From: Azolla caroliniana
Lineage: Eukaryota > Plantae > Polypodiophyta
Assembly: GCA_043228905.1 (NCBI GenBank)
Contig: JBHGNT010000012.1
Location: 15,438,001-15,502,000, forward strand
Length of the DNA stretch: 64,000 nt
Direction: 5' to 3'
Under the pieces are notes generated by a model. That model made no database searches, was not told the DNA's origin, and saw nothing but the letters and a program-made list of their open reading frames with translations. Made by a program: the position numbers and the translations under genes. Below are positions 23,901 through 36,982 of this stretch, piece by piece; the first letter of the stretch is position 1, and each line of letters begins with the position of its first letter.

Positions 23901-26326
23901 AATACACATACGCCATGTGCCCTCTTTCTTTTTAACCAAGAGAACTGGTGCACCCCATGGAGATTTACTATAACGTATATAACCCATTCGTAAGTAGTCC
24001 TTGAGTTGCCTTGATACCTCATCCTCTTCGGATCGACTTAAGCGATAAGGAGGTATACTTATTGGTGCAACACCAGGTACAATATCTATACGATGGTCTA
24101 TATTACGTTTGGGAGGTAACCCAAATGGTAGTTCACTCAGAAAAACATCATGAAAATCATTTAAGATTTCATCAAGTTGTTGTTGTTCAAAATATGTTAA
24201 TTGAACTGAGACATTATCGATATTGTAAACATGAATGTCTGGATCAAGTACACAGTAAAATAGAGTAGAACAAGAAAACTCGAATATTGATGGAGAAGAG
24301 GAAACAATCGAGAGGGATTGTTTTTTGACACATTGAATAAAATGATTATAGTCGTTTAGTACAAATGTAATTGAATGATGAACCCAATCAATAGATAAAG
24401 AAGAGCTTTTATTATAGAACCAGGGATAACCTAGTATTACGTCAGTGGTACAAAGATTCATTACATGGAAGTCTACTTCCTCTATATAAGTGTCAATAGA
24501 AATTCCAAATGAATGAATCGCCCCGTTGATGTATTGTACTCTTCCATCAGCCAAGTGCACCATATAGTTGTGATCCCTTACGGTGGGTTGGATTCCCCAT
24601 ATCTGAACCAAACGATCATTCACAAAGTTGTGTGAGCTTCCCTAATCAAATAAAAATTGTACGGGGGATCCATTGATATACCCGTTTGCACGTAGTAAAT
24701 CATTGGGACCCAAAACATAGTGAGGGAAAGAACATTGAGAATTACTTAAATGATGTGTATAGACCTGAAGGACATTAGGAATCTGACCTTTATGGTCTAC
24801 AACTTTAGCTTTGTTGTCGTGCTCTTTCTGTTGGAGCTTTCAACATTGCTCTTCTGTATGACCCTTCTTTTTGCAGAATACGCAAAAAGGATGTTGTCGC
24901 TTACAATCGCGATCCATGTGTCTTGTGTTTCCTAGTGAATTGCGACTACATAGTCCCGGGCGCTTCGTTGGGTTTATTGTGGTCCTTCTTCGAAGTGCGT
25001 TGATAGCGAAGAACTATTTCAACGGCCTCTTCGAAGGATTTTGGATCCTTATTGTGCACTATCCAGTGATAGTCCGAATTGGGGATGCCATTGACAAAAC
25101 AAGCTATTAACCAGTTGTCCCCTTCTAGACCCGATTTTTGGATTTGGGTTCTAGCATGGTGGACATAGTCTTCTAGCGAGGAAAATTTCCGACTAGAGAG
25201 GTTCATTAAAGCTTGTGCTGCCTCGGTTCGAGAGGGAGGTTGCAGAAATTGGCCCTTGAAAACTGTGACAAAATCTATCCAGGTATCGGGCAATTTCCCC
25301 AAAGTACGAATCCCATGCCACCAGGCAGCGGCCTTACCCCCTAGTTCTCGGCCAACATAGCAATCTTCATACTATTTGGCGTGGGATAGAGCTCAAAATG
25401 AGACTCCCATTGGCCCAGCCACGTGCAGATTGCTTCTTTGGTTCTTTCCTTTTTTTCTCCCGTAAATGGCTTAAAGAAAAACAATGGTTCACCTTGTCGC
25501 TCATGAGGTCTATTAGTGTCACGTTGTAAACTAATGACACGTGCCTTGAGAGCACTTTGAGATTGCCGAAGTTCGGTCATTTGTTGAGCGGTGAAACTAA
25601 GGTATTGGGTTATTTGCGAAAAATACATCTCAATGGACATTTGTCCCGGAGGATTCCCTTGAGTTCCTTCCGCTTGAGCAGATGACATCGGGTTGTTATT
25701 TTGAGCCATTAAATGATTATTTCTAGAAAAGAAATAGGATAAGGTCAGAGAGATAGTCATAACATCATGTCGTGATGTAAACCTATCATGGGCGAACATT
25801 AATCGATATCATTATCTCATGTCCATACCCCTCTAGACGTATGAGATGAGGTTTAAGATCAGGTTACTATGGTAACACAAAGGTGTTTTAAAAACCATGG
25901 GGGTGACAAATGAATGTCTTTCCCTGATCTCTATATCGATTTCTTCATGGCGGCTGCCCGAGGCTCAACCATGTATGTTGGCGTCATGAATAGTTTATAC
26001 ACGAAAAAAATGTTAACAATAAACTATGTTTCGGTTTAGGGAGGCGTACATGGTGCTGGCGTGCTTGCTACAAGAGTTGACCCACCACAAGACAGAGTCT
26101 CGACGTAGTCAACAAGATGATGAAATGAGGGTAGCTAGGCCTCTTATTTATAACGATAACTAAGGCCTCCAGGTAAGTTCACACTTGGCCTAATGGCTTG
26201 TCTCAATCCCGAGGATTAAAAGTAATCCTCCCCTTCTTTACACTCTCATTTAACCCACACTTATCCACGTGTATAGAATACCACGGTAAATTCTGACCAC
26301 AAGATATTAGATGGTCATGCCCATAA
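20960..26326 (-). mobile_element. Decayed Ty3/gypsy chromovirus (Tcn1-like): gag-PR-RT-RH-IN-chromodomain
   Basis: 3' LTR ends at 21360; PPT AAAGAGGGGGAGTA at 21361-21374. Contains a chromodomain-like segment (RILNVKTKK..EFKIKW..SIKDATWERE, ~21400-21530), IN (WESISMDF), RH (ETDAS), RT (MPFGL, FLDD), PR and gag (24750-25710), and a partial 5' LTR at 26045-26326. Many stops and frameshifts. Confidence 0.88.
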
Positions 26327-26489
26327 TAGGAAATGTGGGGTTCTAGAAGCCTCCCACTGCTCACTTCGACACAAACGCCTCTTCTCCCCGCCGTTGCTGC
26401 ATCGCCCTCCTCCAGTTGGAGGAGTTGATCGTTTAGGGTTTCCCTCCCCCCACTGTTCAAGGAGTGAAAAAACAGGCCCCTCGATCGAT

Positions 26490-28129
26490 AACGGAAAATC
26501 ATCACTGATAGCGGGGGTCTTGTTGAGATTATTTTCAATAATGAAGAGATGCTTCTACTTGAGAAAGAGATAGAGCGCCTTGAGCGAATAACGGTCATAT
26601 GCCGCGTGATGGGATCACGACCAAACAGAGGGTTGTTGCGAGATATGTTGCAAGCTAAATTTCATTCACAACTACGTGGTATAAAAGAAGTCCAACCACT
26701 TGGTAAAGGCTTCTATCAAATCATACTAGAAGACAAGGATTCTGCAACGAACCTCATAGCACTTTACCCCTGCTAGGTCCGAAATACATGGTTGTTCATG
26801 CGTAAATGGACACATGGTTTTAACCTAGAGAAAGCCGCACAATATGATGATTCCATGAAAAAGGTAACAATGTTGTTTCTTGGACTATCCTTAGAATACA
26901 ACATGTTACTTCCTACTATTGGCAACTCCTTTGGTATGATGTTGCATGAGGAACTAATGCTAGGAGACAGGCTAAAGAAGCACCTAGGCCCTCCCTTTAT
27001 CCGCCTCTTGGTGCAGGACATCAATAAACTTCCCTCCAAGATCCTCATTCCCAGGAAAAATGGAATGCGAATTGAACAACGCATAGAAGTGATTGGCGCA
27101 CTGGGGCAATGTTTTGCATGCAAAAAACTTGGTCATTTAAAAAAGAACTGCCCCACAAGACGTATTAAAGATCCTACAAAGGAGACTCTAGAAGGGTAGG
27201 ACACCATAATACATCAGAAGCCTCCCCCACCATGACCCGACAAGGTTGTGATGGAATGGCGAGTGGTGGAAAAAACCCATGTCCTTCAAAAAACATCATC
27301 AGCACAAAATCCTCCATCGCCTATCAACCCCAATCATTTTGATCTACTACAAGAGCTCCCCCCCACACACGAGCATTCCTCTAGTTCTTTCTTAAGCCCC
27401 AAGGAACAACCTAAGGTGACACCAAGCACACAAGAGAAAGTTCTCGTTAAAGCTTACAAAACAGGGAAGCGCAAACGAATAAGTCATGTAAAGACCTTAA
27501 TAAGGAGCTTGAGTGGAACGACACCCAATGCAAAAGCAACAAACCAAGGCAGAAGTGTGAATGTCATGCCTCAAGTCATAGTCGTCCCGGACACAAATGA
27601 GTGTGCTTCCTCTAGCCAAGAACTTGAACCACACCCACAAAACGCCTTGAAATGGCTAGGTATAGGGCTCAAGACAGTGGAAAAAATAACGGTACATGTA
27701 TCAGCGGTACACAATAATGGAGTTCCGACGACCTCAATCTCCTTTCCACTCTTGCTTCCGACTCAGGAAGATTGGTCGAAATCCAAGATTAAAGATACGT
27801 TATGTAGCCAAGCAGCGTGCTTTTTAGCACAAATAAGAGATGAAGAGCTCATGAACGAACTAAAGCAACATTGGCATAACACTGAATTCTGGTGCACCAT
27901 GGATGAAGAGGACCCTCATCTTTGCCACATCCACCTACGGACTATCATAGACACCCAACTAACTCCAAGCTTTGTCTATTTCTATGAGAAGCATGAAGGG
28001 GCGATTGAATTTCACAAGATAGCCCACAAACTCCACTCATGGATGTGGACCACTATTCCATCCCTGGAAATGATTGGATGTCTAAATGGTGAGTGCTCGC
28101 CACTCATGAATTGCTGTACAAAGCACTAG
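26490..28129 (+). pseudogene. L1 ORF1 (DUF4283/RRM-like region, CCHC knuckle, long C-terminal region)
   Basis: LGKGFYQI motif and knuckle CFACKKLGHLKKNC; broken by stops at 26776 and 27199. Confidence 0.8.
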
Positions 28130-28157
28130 GAACAACTGGCAATCTCCCACCCCATTC

Positions 28158-31100
28158 CATGAGTATGAAGATTATAACATGGAACGTGCAAGGACTCAGA
28201 AGAAGACTAGACTAGCAAAATAGATGGAAACTGAGAAGGGATCTTGAAGAATATTACGAGGGAGTGGTGTTGACATCGTCATGTTGCAGGAACACCACCT
28301 CGATAGCACACAGTTAAAGGACGTCGGAGACCTTCTACCAGGATCATGGCGAATGATTTGGGAGCCAACAATTGGGCAGGATGGAAATTATGGTGGTATT
28401 TGCACTTTGATTTGGGAACATCTAACCCAAGGATTAATACACCAAGAATCACTTATAACTGGTAGGGCACATTTTTGCACATTGGCCATCCAAGGGCAAC
28501 AATGGAACTTCATGAATGTTTATGCTCCAAATAGCAGAACAGAAAGAGCAACATTCTGGGACCGCATCTGCCTACAAGTAGTAGGTGCGGAAGAGTTGTG
28601 CATTGGAGGGGATTTTAATATGATCAAATCCATTCACAATAGCTCCAACAACAACCCCATAGTTCTACAAGGAAGGGAATGTAAACAATGGGAGAAGCTA
28701 TGTGTCCACCTTAACTTGCGAGACATTTAGCATTCTGCCAACTTCCAATGGAAAAGGGATTCTCTCCTATTATCCCGATCAGATGAGCGGAATAGTGGAC
28801 CCACCCTATCTTGCATTGATCCCATTTATGTGGGGGAGGCTCTAGAAGCGAAGGGAGGGTGGTGTCACATAGCTCCAGGCACGACTTTCTCTGACCATTA
28901 CCCGGTAGCTGGTCATTTTCAATTGCACCGAAAATGGGGCCCATTCTAGACTCGCATCCCACACACTATTTACACACTTATAGACGTGAAGGACCAACTA
29001 TCCAACCAATGGTCATTACCCGTCAATGGCTCATTAGCATCGGACAAACTTTTAGCTAAATTAACAAGAGCTTCTACTCTCCTACATGAGATTGTCAAGA
29101 CCAGAAGCAAGGATGCTCAAGAGAAGCGACAAAGGACAAAACGGGGATTAATAACCTTACAACGACTCCAACAGAGATACCCGTCCTGTATTTGGATCGC
29201 AGGACAAGTCGCCATAGCCAAACAGGAACTTAGCATGGCGGAAAAGGAAATATATGACATGGAGTTTCATGGAAGCATGGCGCAAAACCACAAAGGAATT
29301 CTTCCACTCCAAAGGCCCAAGGCACGCTAGAACTGTGATGCGCAGCCTCAACCGAGAGGATGGAACGACCACTGACGATGGCGACGAAATGAGGAATATT
29401 GCCACAAGGTATTATAGCCGCCTACTTATCCTCCAAAGCATACCCGAGAAAGTCACGCCGGAAATGAATACCTGGCTCGTGCGTCCCCTATAAATCATCG
29501 AGATATGGGAGGCACTCATTGGGTTAGATGTTGATAGCTGCCCCGGAATCGACAGTCTCATCCCGCACTTTTTTACATGCCTTTGGGGCACTATTAAAGA
29601 AGACCTCCTCCAGGCATATGAGGAGATCATCACCTCTGGAAGCATGCTGAAGGAATTTGGACAGGGGATGATACATCTCATTCCTAAAAGTGGTGGGAAT
29701 GCCAACGACATTAGCAAGTGGCGGCCCATTACTCTTCTCAATACTGTCTATAAGTTGCTCGCAAAAATCGTGGCATGCCGTTTAAATCCAGTTCTCCCTC
29801 AACTCATTCATCCGTCCCAAACAGGTTTCGTTAGAAATCGGAGCATCCTAGACAACCTCTTCTCATTCTGGGAAGCAGTAGCCCTTGCCAAGCGTACCAA
29901 CAACAAGGTAGCAATGGTGCTACTAGATTTTGAGAAAGCATATGACAGGGTATGCTGGAACTTTCTAGAAAGTGTGATGAGGAAACTCGGCTTTCAAGAG
30001 ACATGGATCAAAGGCATTGCATGATTTTATAGGAATGGCAGCAATTGTGTTTCGCTGGTAGGTGAAAGGGGCCCCTTTTTCCGAATATCCCGATTTGTAC
30101 GGTAGGGATGCCCACTAGCTCCATCCTTATTTCTATTATATGCCAAAGCACTCTTTTGCTTTCCCAATCCGTGACGTCTCAACCTACGTGGTCTTCCTAT
30201 ACCTCATTCTCACAAAGCATCCTGGATATAGAATTTGCAGATGACACAACAGTCTACCTACGAGGGGACTTGGAAAACCTCCAAAAGCTAGAAAGTGGGC
30301 TAGCTGTATTTTGCAAGAGATCCAACGCCATGATCAATTGGCACAAATCCTACGCAATATGGCTCTCTCAGGAAACACATCCGGCTTGGCACCCACACTC
30401 CGCTTTCAAATGGATCAATCAAGGAGCGAGCACCAAACATTTGGGTTTCCAAATTGGTTTCAACATACCATCGGAGACTATGATTGCACCCGTAATCCAT
30501 TCCATTCGACAAAAGTTGATACATAGGAGCTCAAAAAAATTGTTGCTAGTGGGTCACATCATAGTGGCAAACCAAGTACTACTTGCAACAACATGGTACA
30601 GTATATCATGCTGGACAATCTCCAAGGAAAGTATACATAAGATTCAACGTCTGGTCCGCAACTACATTTGTTCTGGTAAGGAAGACCATGTAGCTCGCGC
30701 CAAGGTGGCGTGGCCTATACTCACAGCGCCTAAGTCGAGAGGGGGATTGGGTCTTATTGATCCCCTTTCACAATTGAAAGCCTTACTTGCCAAATTTGCG
30801 GTGCAAGAACTCCAACTAGGAAATGATTGTTGGAAAATGCTACTGAGGTTACGTTTCGCTTACTTTAGGCCACGAACAAGGTCAATTGGGACCCACAAAT
30901 GGGATGGATTCAAAACATGGATCTCAAACCTAGTTTCTCCCACCAATTGGAGGATAGATTCAGTGCATCCATGTGGAAGGCATGGTGTGACATTCGTCGA
31001 GGGCTCAAGTGTGATCAACCGATATCCGAACCTGCCTGGCTCAGTCAACGTATCCTATGGAACCCATGTATCAAGGATGAATCTAATCAACTACTGGGAT

Positions 31101-32360
31101 CACGTAAGGGGTTGTCATGGGGATACATTGTAGAACGTCCAGGAAAAAGTATAGAATGTTGGCGACGGTTTATGTCGATGCCACTACAAGATCAGGCGAA
31201 CATACTCCATGGAATCAAGGGCGGATGGATTATGAGATCGGAAATCATTAACGCTCTACTGATTAGGGAATCTGCTACTCAAAGGACGACAATGGAGAAA
31301 TGGATAGGCCACGAGGAGGAGGGATCTTTGTTCTCGAGAGGTAGGGGACCACCAGACAGACTCGAAGGCTCTAAATTGCGAGACACTGAGACACCAACAC
31401 AGAATAACGCAATTCGAATACTCGCGTATACTAGTCATAAATGGATTGTAGATCCTGATCCGATCAAAGTACAACCCGATTGGCATATATGTACTCATGA
31501 AAACACATGTTCAGTTGGGACCCTTTGCAATGGACATGGCATGATCCCTACATGGGGAAAGGAAGCAAACCCATCCCTTTCTTCCAATTCACAACTAGAT
31601 TGGGTCGCCACATTCTAGCTGCTCAAGCCACCTGAGAACCGGCTACTGCGAAGGTCTGGCACACATTCCAAGTTCCTTCCACAATAATCATCAAGTTTTG
31701 GCAGAAAATCTAGAAACAACACCACGTGAGGCGAATTACCACATTCCAATGGCTATTAATACATAAGTCCCTACCGGTGGGAGCATGGCAATGTGGGAAC
31801 CTTAGCTCTCCTAATTGTGTAGAGTGCCCACATGTAGTAGAATCCATATGACACGCTCTGTGGGACTGCCCAACGTCCCATCGAATATGGCGGGGGGTTG
31901 GCCGCTTGTTGCAATTATGCCAAGTGCAAGGCTCAATTAAGTGGGGAAATATATGTTGGCTATCATGGCAGGATGCAATTGGCAGATACGAGCATCAGGA
32001 GGAGGGGATGACTTTGGTGATAAAAGCACAAGAGGTCCTTTTCTCCTCCAGCGACAATGTCCACTCCTTTCCTCTTAATGACAAATCTCAAGAGGTGTTG
32101 GAATTGGTCACCCCAATAACCCTTTGGATTCTATGGAAACAACGATGTAGGCGAGTCTTCTCCAACCAAACAGCACATCCAACAAGGTTACTGCAAGAGA
32201 TATGGAGTGAAATTGTAGCCACTCTGAAGAGCCAATACTGATGGCCTTATGGGCGGTCCCGAGGGAGTTGAAAGACAACGAATAACCTTCATACAACAAT
32301 GGTCGTCCTCTCCCTTTCTTGAGTCAGTGGGCATCCACATAAGATGGAACTATCGCGTCC
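28158..32360 (+). pseudogene. L1 ORF2 (endonuclease, RT, zf-RVT)
   Basis: Motifs ITWNVQG, MLQEHH, NVYAPN, GGDFN, SDH, WRPITLLNTVYK, LDFEKAYD, FADD, GGLGL and ES..H.LWDCP; multiple frameshifts. Confidence 0.9.
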
Positions 32361-33520
32361 CTTCAGGGATTTGTACATAATCGTCTCATTTGTAAAATTT
32401 TATAACTAATGGAAGGAGTTTTTTATTTTGGAAAAGAAGAAGAAGAAGTTATACATGTTATATGTGTTCATTCGAAATAGGGCTCACTTTCGACCGTTCT
32501 AATAGGAATAATTTATTGTGGAAAAACCAAACTTTTAATACAACCAAAAAAATAATGTGTGGATCATCCGATACCACTTATTTCATTTTTATCTCATAAC
32601 AAAATAAAATAAAATACTCATTGTTTCAACACAATTGTAATTAAGGTTGCTCCATTTTTGTAGGATATTGACAATTGTAATACATGTATTCATTAATAAT
32701 GACACTTGGTTTGTCTAATATTATATTTTGTGGATGGGAGCCTTTAAGGTATTATAAACATAAAAGAAAAAATGTAATTTAAGGCCCACCTTAATAATTC
32801 TAATATGCTTGCAAATTTACCATGATTTTTAATATCATTAACATAAATGTATAATTTGTACATATGTGAATGATTTTGAAATTACATTCATGAATTCTTA
32901 TAATTAAGAAATTTGATCCACCTATGAGAGATATGCAAGTAATTAAGGTGTTGTAGTGTGATGCCTAGTTGAAAACACATAAGACTTGCAACCATGTCAT
33001 CAAGATTTATTCAATTGAAATGAAATTGCACATCCAAATCACTCAAAAAAGTGAAAAACTTAGTATTATGAGAAAAGGCAATGCTAGATATCAAAAGACT
33101 CTCTATGAACAAGGCTTGATAAATGTCTTCAGAGATTGTAAATGGAGCTATTGCATAGAGTTTGTCCCAAAATCTAAAAATCTCCCCATCATTCAGGAAT
33201 AGCATACCAATCCATTCTCCTTATTGCATTCAATTAAACATTTGTAATAATAATCAAAAGGACATAGGCAAGACGTAGTCATGTTGCCAATGGCAAATGA
33301 TGGAAACCATCTCCAAGGTGAATACTTTATCTATTTTAGAATGGACACAAAGATTGAGTTTCAAATTCAACAACTTTCCTCCTTAAAAGAAAGTAATTGT
33401 CACCAAGATAACTATTTCATAGAAAAATAATGATATTCTTAAAAAATATATAATTATTTTATGTCAAATAAAGCATCAACCCTTAATGCATGTGAGATGC
33501 TATATAAAGGTGTTATAATT

Positions 33521-36500
33521 TGTTGACAGGCAAGCTCAACATTGGGTGCATAAAACTGTATGCAAAATATGGTCGTGATAGTGTTTAACTTGAGAGGCCG
33601 TTAGAACGTTATTCCTCGTAAGGAATAGTTTTGGGAGTTAGTGTAGAAGGCTTCTGCACACGTATTCTTTTACATGGTATCAGAGCATGAAGGTTGCGAC
33701 TCCTCTGTAGTCGACAGAAAAGCTTGTGATAAAGATAGAGTTATGTTATTGTTTTCGGAAAAGATAAGAAAACAATATGGACAGAGCAATGGGAAGCTCA
33801 CTACCAACTGAGAAGCTCGACAGGAGCAACTACGCGTCTTGGTCGTACAAGATGCACCAGTACTTGGTTGGTCATGGTTACTGGAGTTATGTTGAAGGAG
33901 CTAATGATACAACGCCCGAATCGACACACAGATTTTTTGGCTTGGGAACAAGCGGCAAGCCGAGTTCTTTACTGCTTCGCATCCTGTGCGAGCAACCAGC
34001 TCTTGAGCTACATTCGGGATGCTAAGACGCCAAAGGATGCGTGGGCGAATCTCAAGAGGATTTTCGCCGCTAGCATAACAACTAAGAAGCTCCAGCTTAG
34101 GTAGGAGCTCAGCAATGTCCGACAGAAAGATCTGTTTGTGGCCAATTACACGGCCCGAATCAAGGACATCTATGACTCTCTCGCCTCCATCAACGTGAAC
34201 GTCGAGGAGGACGAAATGGTGCAGGTGTGTCTTGGTGGGTTAGCGTCAAAGTTCAGAGCGTTCTGGACGGTGGTCTACACAAGGGAGATTACACCTTCGT
34301 TCTTCGAGTTCAGTCGATGTTGCTCATAGAGGAAAATCACGCGGGTGCATCGACGAGTACGCATACCGACAACAAGATACTATACACGGAGGAAGATAGG
34401 CCCCGTGGTCGTGACAAACGAGGTGGATCGGCGCATAGTAGAGGCGGCCGAAAAGAGCAGAACATGCGGCATAATCAAAATGCCGGAACTAATTCCGAAA
34501 CCTCCGGAAGCAGGGGGAGTCATAGCGGTGCAAGAAGTCAGCAAGAGAAGAGTGCGATGGAATGTTGGTACTGTGGCAAGAAAGGCCACAGGGAGAGCGA
34601 GTGCTGGAAGAAGAAAGCTGATTCAGACAAAGTCAGATCGAGCGGAAGAGACGTAGGAAGGCGTCAAAAATCGCACTACATGGAAGGCTCTAAATGAACC
34701 GGAAATGGATTGGGCCCAAGCTTCGTAATGAAGCACAAGGCCAACTCGATGGCCGTGAACACCTTGAAATCAAGTGAGGTGTGGTATGTTGATTCCGGAG
34801 CATCAAATCATATGACGAGTCATGAGGAATGGTTCTTGGACTTGGAGAAACCTGAAAAGCAAGGAGTGGTCGAAACGAGAGACGACACTCAACATACCAT
34901 CGAATATGTTGGAGAAGTTCCCCTAAGCCACGTCAGGCAGAAAGGGAAACTTATGAACGTGTTGCACATCCCGACAATCACCAAGAACTTGGTGTCGGTC
35001 GGTCAAATCGTAGACTAGGGGATGCAAGTTCGATTCACACACCTCGGGTGCTACATCGAAGAGGAAGGCAAAGTAATCGCACAAGGGCGTCGTGAAGGGA
35101 GGATTTTCATCCTCGACACCAACCAAGCCGGAACCGCATTGTTCACGAAAGGACAGAAGGTGAATTAGATATCGACCTGTGGCACAAGCGGTTCGGCCAC
35201 ATTAACTTCCCACGACTTCATGAAATGCAGATGAAGAATATTGTTTTCGGATTGCTGAAATTTCGTGGTCGGGATGGCCAAGTTTGCGAAGCCTGCCAAC
35301 TAGGGAAGCAACACCAACTTCCGTTCCCAAACGAGCGTAATCGGAGTCGAAATCCACTCAACTTAATCCATTCAGATGTATGGGGACTAGCACGGAACGT
35401 GAGTCTTGGTGGTAGTCATTACTTCATAACCTTCATCGATGACTTCAGTCGGCACACCTAGGCATGCTTGATCGTGAAAAAGAGTGAAGTCTTCACGTGG
35501 TTCGTGAAGGTGAAGAGCCTTGCGGAAAGGGAAACTAGACGTAAGATCAAGTAACTACGGTCCAATGGTGGGAAGGAGTATTTCTCCAACAACCAGTTCA
35601 CGAGTTATCTATAGAAGGAGGGATTTTGACGTGAATTCTCATGTAGATACACGCCGCAACAGAATGGTGTGGCCGAGCGGAAGAATTGAACAATCGAAGA
35701 AGCAACTAGGGCAATGCTTGAAGAGAAGCATATGCTGAAATTTTACTGGGATGAAGCCGTAAAGATGGCAATTTACTTGCAGAATCAGACCTCTGCTAAT
35801 GGAGGAGTGTTACGGCAAGAAGCTGAACTTGGCACACTTGTGGTGATCACGTGGAGCAGTAAGAAGTAGCCGAGAGTAGCGTTGTCGAGCATGGAGGCCG
35901 AATATCGAGAAGCGACTGCCGCGACATGCAAAGTCATTTGGCTGAAATGACTATTATGGGATTTGCATGTGGAGGTGTCCGGCCTGACAATAATCCATCG
36001 CGACAACATCAACAACATCCACCTTGCGAAAAACCCTGTGCTCCATGCCCGGACCAAGCACATTGAGGTGCATTATCATTTTCTCCGCGAGCGTGTCCTT
36101 TCTGGTGAAGTCAAACTGGTGTATGTTCCGACTGGTCGGCAGATTGCCGACATCTTCACCAAGCCCCTTGGTCTCGACAAGTTACGACATTTCTCGGGTG
36201 AGCTACGACATCCCAAACTTGAGTGGGAGACAGGAATAGGAACAGGAGCATGAAAGGAGCGGTAGTGATCGTGATGCCGAATCGGATGAAGAATTCGATT
36301 TCAGGCCAGTTGAAGAAGCCGAAGAAGAAGAAAACATGGGCAGTAATCGCAAGGAAGAGCTGAAGACAGCCGAACAAAGGGGAAATATAGCCAAAAAGGG
36401 CGTAAAAGCCAAGACCAAGACGTGGTCTGATGTTGTCAAGGGCCTAAAGACAGAAGACAAATTAGAGACAGCCAATTCGGGCGAAAGTGGAATTGAATCG

Positions 36501-36982
36501 GAAGTGTCCGATTTAATCGAAATGTTTGATTCAAACAATACAAATGGACTGAGGGCCAAGCGAAGGAAAGGGCAATGAAAGAGGCGCCAACACCACGACA
36601 ACAAGGGAACTGAGAAGGGCCACATGAGCAGACAAGCTGACTAGAAGGGTCGAAGTGCGTGGAATCAAACGGGTAGAGGAGCACATTCCTCGTAAGGAAT
36701 AGTTTTGGGAGTTAGTGTAGAAGGCTCATTTATGAGCGGTCAAGTATTGCCAGTACTTGTGTCAGCAAAATAGTCGGGGCTTGTATAAAAGGTGCTCAAT
36801 GAGCACGAAATATGTAACAAAGAACATACAAAGGATTATTTTCGAATATAGTTTCTTGTTTCTACTCTCTCTGTCTCTCCCTCTCTTTCTCTATGATTTC
36901 TGTGTTTTACCGAATTGTCGTACTTCCGAACCATGTACTCTGTGTTCTTACACATACGCTTCCGCACACGTATTCTTTTACA
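33521..36982 (+). mobile_element. Internally deleted Ty1/copia element
   Basis: Perfect 5-bp TSD TAATT (33516-33520 / 36983-36987). 5' LTR 33521-33674, PBS TGGTATCAGAGC, gag (CWYCGKKGHRESEC), PR (YVDSGAS) and IN (HSDVWG, FIDDFSR). RT is deleted; RNase H and a 3' LTR piece (36684-36982) remain. Confidence 0.92.
33675..33686 (+). promoter_or_regulatory. tRNA-iMet primer-binding site
   Basis: TGGTATCAGAGC directly after the LTR end ...TTTTACA. Confidence 0.9.

Larger units (their letters stand above)
26330..32450 (+). mobile_element. Near full-length decayed L1-clade LINE
   Basis: ORF1 relic followed by an ORF2 relic (EN-RT-zf-RVT), ending in an A/GAA-rich tail at ~32430-32448. Confidence 0.88.
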
